Assembly (NCBI GenBank): GCA_027623195.1
Contig: JAQBUT010000008.1
Location: 31,015-95,014, forward strand
Length of the DNA stretch: 64,000 nt
Direction: 5' to 3'
DNA from: Chloroflexota bacterium
Lineage (GTDB): Bacteria > Chloroflexota > Dehalococcoidia > Lucifugimonadales > JADFKI01
The position numbers and the translations under genes were made by a program. The notes beneath the pieces are model-generated. The model was not told the DNA's origin. It did not search any database and saw nothing but the letters and a program-made list of their open reading frames with translations. Numbering within the stretch: the first letter of the stretch is position 1; each line of letters starts with the position of its first letter. Shown here one piece after another: positions 39,331 to 47,825 of this stretch.

Positions 39331-40209
39331 CTATTGCGCGCTGTGTCCAGGCAGGTTCAGATTATCCAGGATCTTGGATATAGAGTAACTCCGATTTAAT
39401 GCGAAGAAATGAATCCCCTGTACTCCCTGTTCCCAGAGATCCTGCACCTGCTTTGTGGCGTAATCTATGCCCGCCTCACGCATGCCGTCATCGTCCTCGG
39501 CGTACTGCTCAAGTATCACGTCCAGCTTTGGAGGGATGACTTCTCCGCCAAGTTGCGTGAATCGCCGTATCTGTGACGCACTAAGCACAGGCAACACACC
39601 GGCGATAATCGGCACATCGATCCCGGCCCGTCGCGCCCTTTCAACAAAGGCGTAGAAGTCATCGTTATCGTAGAAAAGCTGAGTGATCAGGAACTCAGCC
39701 CCAGCCTCCACCCTCCACTTGGTGTGCTCGATGTCGGTTTGCAGGTCAGGTGAAGAGACGTGCCCTTCCGGATAGCAGGCCCCGGCAAGGCAAAAGTTAA
39801 AATTGGCCTTTATGTGTTTCATGAGGTCTGTGGCGTGAGCAAACCCGCCTTCCATCGGCACGAAGTCTGCTTCTCCGGCAGGGGGATCGCCTCGCAGCGC
39901 GATGAGATTTTCGATGCCGGCATCTTGCAGTCGTCCCAAGACTCCGTCGATTTCCTGTTGGCTCTGGCCAGCGCAGGTGATATGCGCCATTACGGTTAAG
40001 TCGGTCTCCCGCCGCGCACGAATGGCTATCTCCTCGGTGAACGCCCTAGTTGTCCCGCCCGCGCCATATGTTACGGAGATAAAGTCTGGATTATATGGCG
40101 CGAGCCGATTTATGGCCCTGAATACAGCCGGGATGCCGTCCGCCCCACGGGGAGGATAAAACTCGTATGAAATGGTTCGTTTGAACCCTAAGGTATCGAT
40201 GATTGTCAT
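39331..40209 (-). CDS. metF: 5,10-methylenetetrahydrofolate reductase
   Basis: SYEFYPP, SVTYGAGG, AHITC, ALRGDPP, YPEGH, ITQLF, HFFALN. Confidence 0.97.
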   Translation of the reverse strand: MTIIDTLGFKRTISYEFYPPRGADGIPAVFRAINRLAPYNPDFISVTYGAGGTTRAFTEEIAIRARRETDLTVMAHITCAGQSQQEIDGVLGRLQDAGIENLIALRGDPPAGEADFVPMEGGFAHATDLMKHIKANFNFCLAGACYPEGHVSSPDLQTDIEHTKWRVEAGAEFLITQLFYDNDDFYAFVERARRAGIDVPIIAGVLPVLSASQIRRFTQLGGEVIPPKLDVILEQYAEDDDGMREAGIDYATKQVQDLWEQGVQGIHFFALNRSYSISKILDNLNLPGHSAQ

Positions 40210-40420
40210 AAAAATTAATTAATTCCTGGAAGATTTGTTTTTGGACTCTGCAAGGGATGTCAGCGGCTATAGAATCGGCAGGGGGCAATTCCAATCATTG
40301 CCGGGACGGCAGGTCTAAGGCGTAGTGATGATCATTCGTGCGTGGCCATGGCATTACTTCAGAGGCCTGGGATGCGTGGACGCTGCTGGCAAGGCCGTAA
40401 GGCCGCTGGGGCACCCTATG

Positions 40421-40450
40421 AGGTTAAATGAGTGGCGTTGGGCTTGTCAA
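40421..40450 (-). promoter_or_regulatory. sigma70-type promoter for metF
   Basis: On -: TTGACA-N18-TAACCT, about 200 nt upstream of the ATG. Confidence 0.55.
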
Positions 40451-40519
40451 ACCCGTTGGGGGTCTATTGGACGTTCTGTGAGGCTTTGAGAAGCCAGAAG
40501 GACTGCCTTTTAAAAGCGG

Positions 40520-41164
40520 CTAATTCGCTGAGTGATCGTTCACTAAAGCGGAAGTGTCAACGGCCGACATATCAGCGTGCTGGTCCCCGATAACGTCCTG
40601 CTCGGTCTCCCGATTATAGGCTTCAACCAGGCCTGTGCTGTAACCCATCTTCAGGGCGTACGCTCGCTGCACGAACAGACCCATATCGTCCAGGGCCTGT
40701 TTTCGCATCCTGCTCTTTATGTCTTTGCTGCCTGCTCGAACTACCACCTCACCAGCGCTACCGCCGATATATGACAGGACGAATACAACACCTGTCAGGA
40801 AAAGGGCAAAGGCCATTAAGGAAGCCGACAGTATAGCGGTGCTAAGGATTAGCGCCGACATCTCAAGCGCCAGTCCCCCTAGCATGAAAACGAAGCCCAC
40901 CCCGATCCACTGACGGTTCCCCTGGGATCTGGTAACTTCGATGCTGTCCACGTCGTCCAGCGTCGAGCTGACAACGCTGGCCTTGTGATGGGAAACCGAA
41001 TACCTGATAAGGCGTTTGTTAGTAAGTAGAAGTGTCGACTGGCTCTGTTCCAGGTCCTCGGTTATGCCAGTCTCCAACTCCACGGCGAGATCCACCGTTT
41101 CCTCGGGTAGGAGGCGAATGCCAACCTGAGCAAGAGTTAACGAGTTCAGTATGTAACGCCCCAT
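40520..41164 (-). CDS. Hypothetical membrane protein (PH-like domain plus 2 TM)
   Basis: LLLTNKRLI motif and two hydrophobic helices. ATG 41164 after GAGGA preferred over the track start. Confidence 0.65.
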   Translation of the reverse strand: MGRYILNSLTLAQVGIRLLPEETVDLAVELETGITEDLEQSQSTLLLTNKRLIRYSVSHHKASVVSSTLDDVDSIEVTRSQGNRQWIGVGFVFMLGGLALEMSALILSTAILSASLMAFALFLTGVVFVLSYIGGSAGEVVVRAGSKDIKSRMRKQALDDMGLFVQRAYALKMGYSTGLVEAYNRETEQDVIGDQHADMSAVDTSALVNDHSAN

Positions 41165-41496
41165 ATTAAAGTCCTCTAAATGCCGATACCAAGAGGTAAA
41201 CGAGGCATGTGTCTCAATGCCTCTACCCAAATAAAAATAAACCTGTAAATCCAACGTTAAACGCCGCCTGAAAACCTTACGAAATTGCTGGAGAGGCGGT
41301 GGCGGACAATCTTGGAGATATGCTCGTGTATAAGGCCGTTCAGCGGCCTCTCTGGGTGGCCTCACATACCGGAATATGTGCATTCCCCACCCCCAAAGTG
41401 GGGCGACTATCCTCCTTACGTTCGTAGCCACTGAGGTAAGTTGAATACTGTAGGGTATCTTACTGGCCTGAAAAGGCCCGATCTGGGGAAGGACCC

Positions 41497-42246
41497 ATGA
41501 AGCTAGATAAGCTCATGAGCGTCACAAATGTAGCCAAGTTCCTGGGCACTCCAGAGGACGAGGTGAAGACTCTTTTGGAAGAAGGCAGGCTGAGTGGAAC
41601 GCTCATAGCCACACTTCGCACCAGGGGAGTGTCCGTGACGCCGTCTATGAAGAATACTGTAGAAGGCATGGTCAACGGTTTACTGCGGCCGGTCGCGCCA
41701 GCGATGAGCAGGTTAGAACAGGTAGCCACCATAACTGGCGAAGGCACTGCCACCATCATGTTTACCGATATCGTTGGTTCCACTGCCATCACAGAGCGAC
41801 TTGGTGACAAGCGTTCCCGCACCGTTTTCAAGGTGCATGACGACATAATCCGACGTCACATCCAAGCCCATGGGGGAGTCGAAGTTAAGAACATGGGCGA
41901 CGGGTTCATGCTCAGCTTCAACAGCGCCCGTAAGAGCGTGGCCTGCGCCATTAGCATTCAGCGGGAGTTGCGGCAGTATAACCGCGATAATCCTGATGCA
42001 GCTCTGCTTCTCAGGATGGGCATGTCGGTGGGAGAGCCAATACGCGAAGAGCAAGATATGTTTGGCAAGTCCGTGATCTTGGCTGCCAGAATCAGCGCCA
42101 AGGCTGAAGCCCGCCAGATACTGGTTTGCAACATCGTCCACGCTCTGACGGCGAGCATAGGGGACATTGATTATAACGACATAGGTGAGTTCGAGCTCCG
42201 GGGTATTACCGAAAAGCAGAGACTTTTCGAGGTGGTGTGGAGGTAG
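41497..42246 (+). CDS. Class III adenylate/guanylate cyclase with N-terminal excisionase-like HTH
   Basis: TIMFTDIVGST, EVK.MGDGFM, LRMG...GE, DMFG..V.LAARI; N-terminus MSVTNVAKFLG......LL.EGRL. Confidence 0.9.
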   Translation: MKLDKLMSVTNVAKFLGTPEDEVKTLLEEGRLSGTLIATLRTRGVSVTPSMKNTVEGMVNGLLRPVAPAMSRLEQVATITGEGTATIMFTDIVGSTAITERLGDKRSRTVFKVHDDIIRRHIQAHGGVEVKNMGDGFMLSFNSARKSVACAISIQRELRQYNRDNPDAALLLRMGMSVGEPIREEQDMFGKSVILAARISAKAEARQILVCNIVHALTASIGDIDYNDIGEFELRGITEKQRLFEVVWR

Positions 42247-42303
42247 TCGTGGCTCACTGCCGCAAGGGTCCATGGCGGTAAGGGTACGGCTAAAGGCAGG
42301 AAT

Positions 42304-42861
42304 ATGACGCAATCAAAATCAACAAACACTTTTGCTAGCTCCGAAGATGCGCCTAAGAGACGGCGTATCAAGGGCAGATTCGATCCCACACGCCTCAATG
42401 GCGCTCTGGTGATATCTGATGAGGCCAGGCTTGCCCTCGAGCGATGCCTGCTATTTCAGGGACTGGACAGAAACGAGCTCATGGCCGTGGCTGCTCTGGT
42501 AGAAGAGACATCTGTAGAAGTCAACGAGATATTGCTGATGGAGGGCGAGACGGCCCGCTATCTGTACATTGTCATCGAAGGTCAGGGCGCCGCTCAGGTT
42601 GAAATGGAACGTGGATGGCTATCTCTTGGCCTGGTAGGCCCTGGTGAGGCGGCCGGCTGGTCTTCCCTGGTGGGAGGAAGTGTCGTCTATCCCGCAACCG
42701 TCAAAGCTCTGACAGACATGAAGGTCGCTCGAATTGAGACTTCTGGGCTTGCGCTTCTGATGAACGTTGACCCGAAGATAGGTTACCCGGTACTGAAGAG
42801 CTTGAGCGCCATATTCTACCGGCAGTACGAGGCGGCCCTTGTCGCAGCTAAGACTGCCTGA
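42304..42861 (+). CDS. Stand-alone cyclic-nucleotide-binding domain protein
   Basis: LF.GL...EL..VA, EG..A..LYIV.EG, GPGE..G...L, ATV.ALTD. Confidence 0.85.
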   Translation: MTQSKSTNTFASSEDAPKRRRIKGRFDPTRLNGALVISDEARLALERCLLFQGLDRNELMAVAALVEETSVEVNEILLMEGETARYLYIVIEGQGAAQVEMERGWLSLGLVGPGEAAGWSSLVGGSVVYPATVKALTDMKVARIETSGLALLMNVDPKIGYPVLKSLSAIFYRQYEAALVAAKTA

Positions 42862-42971
42862 TATGGCCCTTTAGAGACCATTCAACGGTCTACAACATTC
42901 AGCGCTCCCCTGGAAGCCGAGGTCTCTTAGCTAATCTCCGCCGCACCATGTGGACAGTCGGGTCTAATAGG

Positions 42972-44336
42972 CTAACGACCCTTATTGGTCATGTTGCCCT
43001 GTTGTTGCATCAGCCGACGCATTTTCTTACTACTCTTCCCCCCGCCCATTAGCTGGCGCATCATCTTTTGCGCCTGCTTGAACTGGTTGAGGACCTGATT
43101 TACGTCTTGAGGCGTTGTCCCGCTACCCCGAGCAATACGCTTTCTACGGCTGCCTCCGATAAGATCAGGCTTGTGTCGCTCCTCAGGAGTCATGGAGTAG
43201 ATTATTGCCTCAGTCCTCTTAAGATGGGTGTCATCCAGCTGATCTGTTGGCAGCTTGCCTTTCATGGCAGAGAATCCAGGAAGCATCTCTAGAACCTGGC
43301 TTATGGGCCCCATCTTCTTTAATTGTTGAAGCTGACCGAGGAAGTCCTCCAGGTCGAAGGTGGCCTGCCGAATCTTTTTTTCCAGCTCCACCGCTTGGGT
43401 TTCGTCAAAGGTTGACTGAGCCTTCTCAATGAGCGTGAGCATGTCTCCCATGCCCAGGATTCGAGATGCCAGCCTGTCAGGATAGAACTGCTCTAAAGCG
43501 TCGATGCCCTCACCGGTACCCATGAACTTTATGGGTACGCCCGTAACCGAGGTTATGGATAAGGCGGCTCCACCCCTGGCATCGCCATCCATTTTGGAGA
43601 GTATCAGGCCTGTCAGCCCGATGCGGTCGTGAAACTCTTGGGCCGCCTGCACAGCCTCCTGGCCGGTCATTGCGTCCACTACCAGCAGCGTCTCAATGGG
43701 CGATACGGCCTTTTTGACCTCCTCCAGCTCCTTCATCAACTCATCGTCGATCTGGAACCGTCCGGCGGTGTCCACGATGGCCCAGGCCGCGTTTAGCTCA
43801 GATGCACGCTTCACGCCGTCTTTGGCAACCTTGGCGGTGGCATGAGACGAGTTGCCCTTGTACACGGCGACGTCTACCTGCTTGCCCAGGGTCTCCAACT
43901 GCTGTATGGCCGCAGGTCGCTGCAGGTCTGCTGCAACGAGGACAGAGGCCTGCCCCGACTGTTTCAAATGCTTCGCCAGTTTGGCTGAGGCGGTTGTCTT
44001 GCCAGCGCCATTCAGGCCCACCATAAGGATTACGGAGGGCTGCTTGGAGTCGGACTCCAGCCTGTGCACTCCACCGCTTAAGATCTCAACCAGAGCGTCG
44101 TTTGTAATTTTTATAACCTGCTGGCCGGGACTCAGGCTTTTAAGCACGTCGTCACCAAGGGCGCGTTCCCTGATTCGGGCGATGAAATCTCTCGCCACGC
44201 GGAAGTTAACGTCAGCCTCCAGCAAGGCCATCCTGACCTCGCGGAGGACTTCATCAACGTCTGCCTCCGTCAATCGTCCCTTGTTTCCCAGGCGTCCGAA
44301 TACGCCATTAAGTTTGACAGATAAAGCTTCAAACAT
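42972..44336 (-). CDS. ffh: Signal recognition particle protein
   Basis: [45 protein letters not shown] domain RIARGSG. Confidence 0.98.
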   Translation of the reverse strand: MFEALSVKLNGVFGRLGNKGRLTEADVDEVLREVRMALLEADVNFRVARDFIARIRERALGDDVLKSLSPGQQVIKITNDALVEILSGGVHRLESDSKQPSVILMVGLNGAGKTTASAKLAKHLKQSGQASVLVAADLQRPAAIQQLETLGKQVDVAVYKGNSSHATAKVAKDGVKRASELNAAWAIVDTAGRFQIDDELMKELEEVKKAVSPIETLLVVDAMTGQEAVQAAQEFHDRIGLTGLILSKMDGDARGGAALSITSVTGVPIKFMGTGEGIDALEQFYPDRLASRILGMGDMLTLIEKAQSTFDETQAVELEKKIRQATFDLEDFLGQLQQLKKMGPISQVLEMLPGFSAMKGKLPTDQLDDTHLKRTEAIIYSMTPEERHKPDLIGGSRRKRIARGSGTTPQDVNQVLNQFKQAQKMMRQLMGGGKSSKKMRRLMQQQGNMTNKGR

Positions 44337-44431
44337 ACGTCAGGTGTTGCCTCCCTGAATTCGATTGTAGACACAGAAGGTAGGAGGGTCAAGGCTGTTG
44401 GCTAGGCCAATTCGTTGTGACCCGGGCTAGC

Positions 44432-44468
44432 AAAAAGCCACCGGCTTTACACAGAGGCCGGTGGCTTT
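44432..44468 (-). terminator. Rho-independent terminator after hrcA
   Basis: aaaaagccaccggct...ggccggtggcttt. Confidence 0.75.
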
Positions 44469-44489
44469 AAGTTCAAATCTGCTTGAGTA

Positions 44490-45518
44490 TTAACTCAGAT
44501 AAACGCTTTCCACCAGATCACTCATGGCGGAAGACATGATGCGGACCCCCGATATCGTCCGGGAGTACTCCATGCGAGTGGGACCTATCACGCCCACAGT
44601 GCCCATGGCCTCGTTGGGGATGCCATAGCGGCTGATAACTATGCTTAAGGGCCACAGCAGCGCATCGCCCTTATTCTCCTGGCCAATGATGACTCGCACC
44701 ACATTGCCATCAGGCGTTTCTCCGAGGATAGCCTGCACCAGGCTGCCATTCTCCATGCCTTCGACGATGAGGCGAGTCATGTCGTTTTCAACGAACTCAG
44801 GCTGACTCAACAAGTTGCGCAAGCCGTCCACGTAGTGGTCACGGTACACTGCCTTGTCCTCTTCCTCCAGGACTGATATTGTGGCGCTTACCAGTTCTTC
44901 TTCCAACGGGTTGAATGTCATTGCCTTGGCTTCTATTTGGCTGCGGCTTAGCCCCATCAAGTTACTCCGGAGCCTGTTGGCCGAGCCTTCGATCTCCGCG
45001 AGGTCGATTGGCTTTTCTAAGCGGATCAACTGACGGCGAAGGTGCGTCTGCTCTAGTACGACGATCAGCATAAGCACAAGGTCCTGCATATACACGAGGT
45101 CCAGGTGGCGAATACGGGACTCTTTTGCCTTGGGAAACGTGGCTATAGCCATATTCCCTACAAGTTGGGATAAGACTGCAGCAGAGACGTTTGCCCATTC
45201 ATCCACGTCTCGCTCGATCTCGCTGAGTTGACGCTTAACTGACTGGGTCACCGCTGCCGGTATCGGGGCAGGCTCCTCAGCTAGCAACGCCTCCACGTAA
45301 AAGCGATAGGCCTTGTCCAGCGGCACGCTGCCCGCAGATGTATGAGGATGGCTTATGAAGCCTTCTTCTCTCAGCGCCCCAACGTCATTACGTATGGTGG
45401 CCGAGCTGACGGACAGACCAGAACTGCGAGCTATGGCTTCCGAGGATATGGGAGCCGCAGTCCGAGTGTAATCCTCTACGATGATTTTTAATATGGCTTC
45501 TTGTCGTTCTGTAAGCAT
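44490..45518 (-). CDS. hrcA: Heat-inducible transcription repressor
   Basis: LTERQ..IL..IV.DY..TA.PI.S, SSATIRND, PHTSAG.VP..KAYRFYV, GVIGPTRM.Y. Confidence 0.96.
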   Translation of the reverse strand: MLTERQEAILKIIVEDYTRTAAPISSEAIARSSGLSVSSATIRNDVGALREEGFISHPHTSAGSVPLDKAYRFYVEALLAEEPAPIPAAVTQSVKRQLSEIERDVDEWANVSAAVLSQLVGNMAIATFPKAKESRIRHLDLVYMQDLVLMLIVVLEQTHLRRQLIRLEKPIDLAEIEGSANRLRSNLMGLSRSQIEAKAMTFNPLEEELVSATISVLEEEDKAVYRDHYVDGLRNLLSQPEFVENDMTRLIVEGMENGSLVQAILGETPDGNVVRVIIGQENKGDALLWPLSIVISRYGIPNEAMGTVGVIGPTRMEYSRTISGVRIMSSAMSDLVESVYLS

Positions 45519-45758
45519 AATCCATCTGCTGATTGTCCGAGCTTTCCTAGCCCAGGTGCGTGCATTGTACGCATATCCAATTATACAGACAAGTATGCCC
45601 GTATGTGGAGGCCGTTGGAAAGCGTCGTTAGTCTAGCATAGCCTCTTATCCGTTATTACACGCCCCAGTAACTCTAATAAACGCCGTATTGCATATTGAA
45701 GCTGTAAATCGCTAATTGCTATACTGGAGAAGGCCAATGAAAGTGAGGAAATTGCTTC

Positions 45759-46457
45759 ATGGATATTACCTGGCTAGGCCATTCGGCGGTACGGCTCAAG
45801 AGTTCCCAACTGGTGTTGTTAACGGATCCCTACGATGACACTATTGGCTCCGCTATGCCGAATGTTAAAGCCGACGTTGTTACTGTAAGTCACGACCACC
45901 CCCACCATGCCTACGTAAAGGCCGTGGAGGGCGAACCCAGGGTGCTCTCGGGTCCCGGCGAGTATGAGGTTGGAAGCTTTTATATAAGCGGTATGGGCAC
46001 CTCCAGGCATCCGAAACCTCCGTCCCGAGAGGCGGCATCCGAATCCGATGATGAGGAAGGCAAGGAGCTGGAGCGGCAGGATTGGGATCGCCAGATAAAC
46101 ACCGTATTTACCTTTAGGGGCGAAGGCCTAACTATCTGTCACCTAGGCGCGATAAGTCAGGCACTGTCCCCGAGGCAATCTGAAGAGTTGAGTCAGGCTG
46201 ATGTACTGATCATACCTGTGGGTGGCCATTCCACCATAGACGTGGCCAAGGCCGCACAGGTTGTGAGCGCCATAGGGCCAAGAATCGTGATACCGGTGCA
46301 CTTTAGGTTGGACGGCTTCGACGAGGATCTGGAACCTGTGGAGCGATTTCTAGGAGAGGTCGGAGCGACGGATATATCCCCTCAGTCGCGCCTTAGCGTC
46401 TCACTTACAAACCTCCCCAGGGACATGACCGTGGTGGTGCTTCAAAAGGGTTCCTAA
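45759..46457 (+). CDS. MBL-fold metallohydrolase (Lactamase_B_3 / UPF0173-like)
   Basis: ITWLGHS, TDPY, VSHDHPHH, GPGEYE, HLG, IPVGG, IPVHF. Confidence 0.88.
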   Translation: MDITWLGHSAVRLKSSQLVLLTDPYDDTIGSAMPNVKADVVTVSHDHPHHAYVKAVEGEPRVLSGPGEYEVGSFYISGMGTSRHPKPPSREAASESDDEEGKELERQDWDRQINTVFTFRGEGLTICHLGAISQALSPRQSEELSQADVLIIPVGGHSTIDVAKAAQVVSAIGPRIVIPVHFRLDGFDEDLEPVERFLGEVGATDISPQSRLSVSLTNLPRDMTVVVLQKGS

Positions 46458-46484
46458 GCAACGCGCTATTATTAAGTCTTAAGT

Positions 46485-46523
46485 AAAGAGGCCCCGACAA
46501 CAAAGCTGTCGGGGCCTCTTTTT
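46485..46523. terminator. Bidirectional terminator between convergent genes
   Basis: aaagaggccccgaca/tgtcggggcctcttttt. Confidence 0.85.
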
Positions 46524-46548
46524 CGTAGCTAATCTTATTTTACGGGTG

Positions 46549-47646
46549 CTACTGCTTTCGTCGTTTACGGTACTTGACACCGCCGATCATGGCTAGCGGG
46601 CCCATCATGAGCAGCATGTTAATGGCTGCCGTTTCCATTGAAACGTGAGTCGAGCCGCACCCACCACCGGCCTCCTCAGGTTCCTCCGTGGCTTCGCCCG
46701 AAACCGCGGTCGGCGAAGCAAGAACCACTATGGGTGTGTTGGTAGGCGGCACGGATGTGGCCGTTGGAGCCTTAGTTGGCGTCGCCGTGATTATGATCGG
46801 CGTAGGCGTCGGAGGAATCGGCGTCGCCGTAGGCGGCTGTGGCGTAGCCGTGAGGGCCTCAGAAATCACAGTCGGCTCCGGAGTTGGCACGCCTACGAAT
46901 ACCAGATCAAGTCGCTGGTTCTTGCCAGGCTCGAATGGGCCAGGCGAGTGGGTGGCGCCCACGCCGTTTAAGTAGAACTCCACAGGCTGCCCAACGAGGG
47001 CTTTATCGGTGGTTATGATGACCAGGCCTGTGAAATTGGGACCATCTAGGCTGGCAGGGAACGATTCATAAGAGCCTATGCGGGCCACCAGCACCATGCC
47101 AGGGAGTACGGGAGCGCCGGCTATCGTGACGGTTCCCGAATAAACGGCAGGCAGCACTGGTATCGCAGTTGGCGTGGCCGTAGGCACAGGTAAGTTAGGT
47201 ATGCTAACCGGGAAATTGAAATTTGTTCCTGGCGCATACACCAGCTCCTGGTCGAGCGGGACCGTGTCAACGAAAACCGTGACGCTTCGCCCAAGCGCGT
47301 CTGGAAAATTGGGAACAATCTTTAAGAAGGCGGTGCCGTTTTCAGTGAGGACAGGCTCCGTCTCATATTGGTCGCCGATGCGGGCTACCACCGGCAAACC
47401 GTCCGGCAACTCGGAGCCATCTGTCACATCAATCGTAATCAGCACAATCATAAGGCCGGAGAAGGTCGGCGGTTGTGCCGACAACGGCGTTCTTGTCGCG
47501 GTTGCTGCCGATGTCGGCACAGGTGGAGGCGCCTGCGCTTGCACAGGCGCGGCGGGCAAAGACATCATTAATGAGGCAAATATAAGGAGCGCCAGGAATC
47601 CGAGCTTAGGAAGATACGAAGTCATTATAAGTCTCGTTATGTTCAT
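46549..47646 (-). CDS. Secreted surface protein with duplicated beta domain, PT-rich linker and GGGC-TM-basic C-terminus
   Basis: Signal peptide, two 'F/YSG....G...V.VARIG.YE...LV' units, PTATP repeats, AGGGCG...hydrophobic...KYRKRRKQ. Confidence 0.8.
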   Translation of the reverse strand: MNITRLIMTSYLPKLGFLALLIFASLMMSLPAAPVQAQAPPPVPTSAATATRTPLSAQPPTFSGLMIVLITIDVTDGSELPDGLPVVARIGDQYETEPVLTENGTAFLKIVPNFPDALGRSVTVFVDTVPLDQELVYAPGTNFNFPVSIPNLPVPTATPTAIPVLPAVYSGTVTIAGAPVLPGMVLVARIGSYESFPASLDGPNFTGLVIITTDKALVGQPVEFYLNGVGATHSPGPFEPGKNQRLDLVFVGVPTPEPTVISEALTATPQPPTATPIPPTPTPIIITATPTKAPTATSVPPTNTPIVVLASPTAVSGEATEEPEEAGGGCGSTHVSMETAAINMLLMMGPLAMIGGVKYRKRRKQ

Positions 47647-47686
47647 GTTGACAGCAAACTCGCTAAAAGTAAATTGTGAATCTCAT

Positions 47687-47726
47687 AAAAAAGGCCCCCC
47701 TCCCCATAATCGAGGAGGGGGGCCTT
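47687..47726 (-). terminator. Rho-independent terminator after the S-layer-like gene
   Basis: On -: aaggcccccctcc...ggaggggggcc followed by tttttt. A second 13-bp hairpin lies at 47784-47814. Confidence 0.8.
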
Positions 47727-47825
47727 GCCTTATCTTTTTAAGCGGACTAAGCCCGCGCCACTTGACACCGAAGTGTCTTGCAGCGTGGACTGGGAGATTA
47801 CCTCCCAGTCCACGAACTTAGCCTA

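Noticed and set aside
40489..40507. B12-box-like gaagccagaaggactgcc
   Set aside because: It is on the wrong strand for metF and lacks the upstream cobalamin riboswitch core.
41497..42861. Pycsar anti-phage system
   Set aside because: The partner has no TIR or TM effector domain, the cyclase keeps ATP-type specificity residues, and the context is housekeeping rather than a defence island.
45519..45758. CIRCE operator upstream of hrcA
   Set aside because: No TTAGCACTC-N9-GAGTGCTAA match found.
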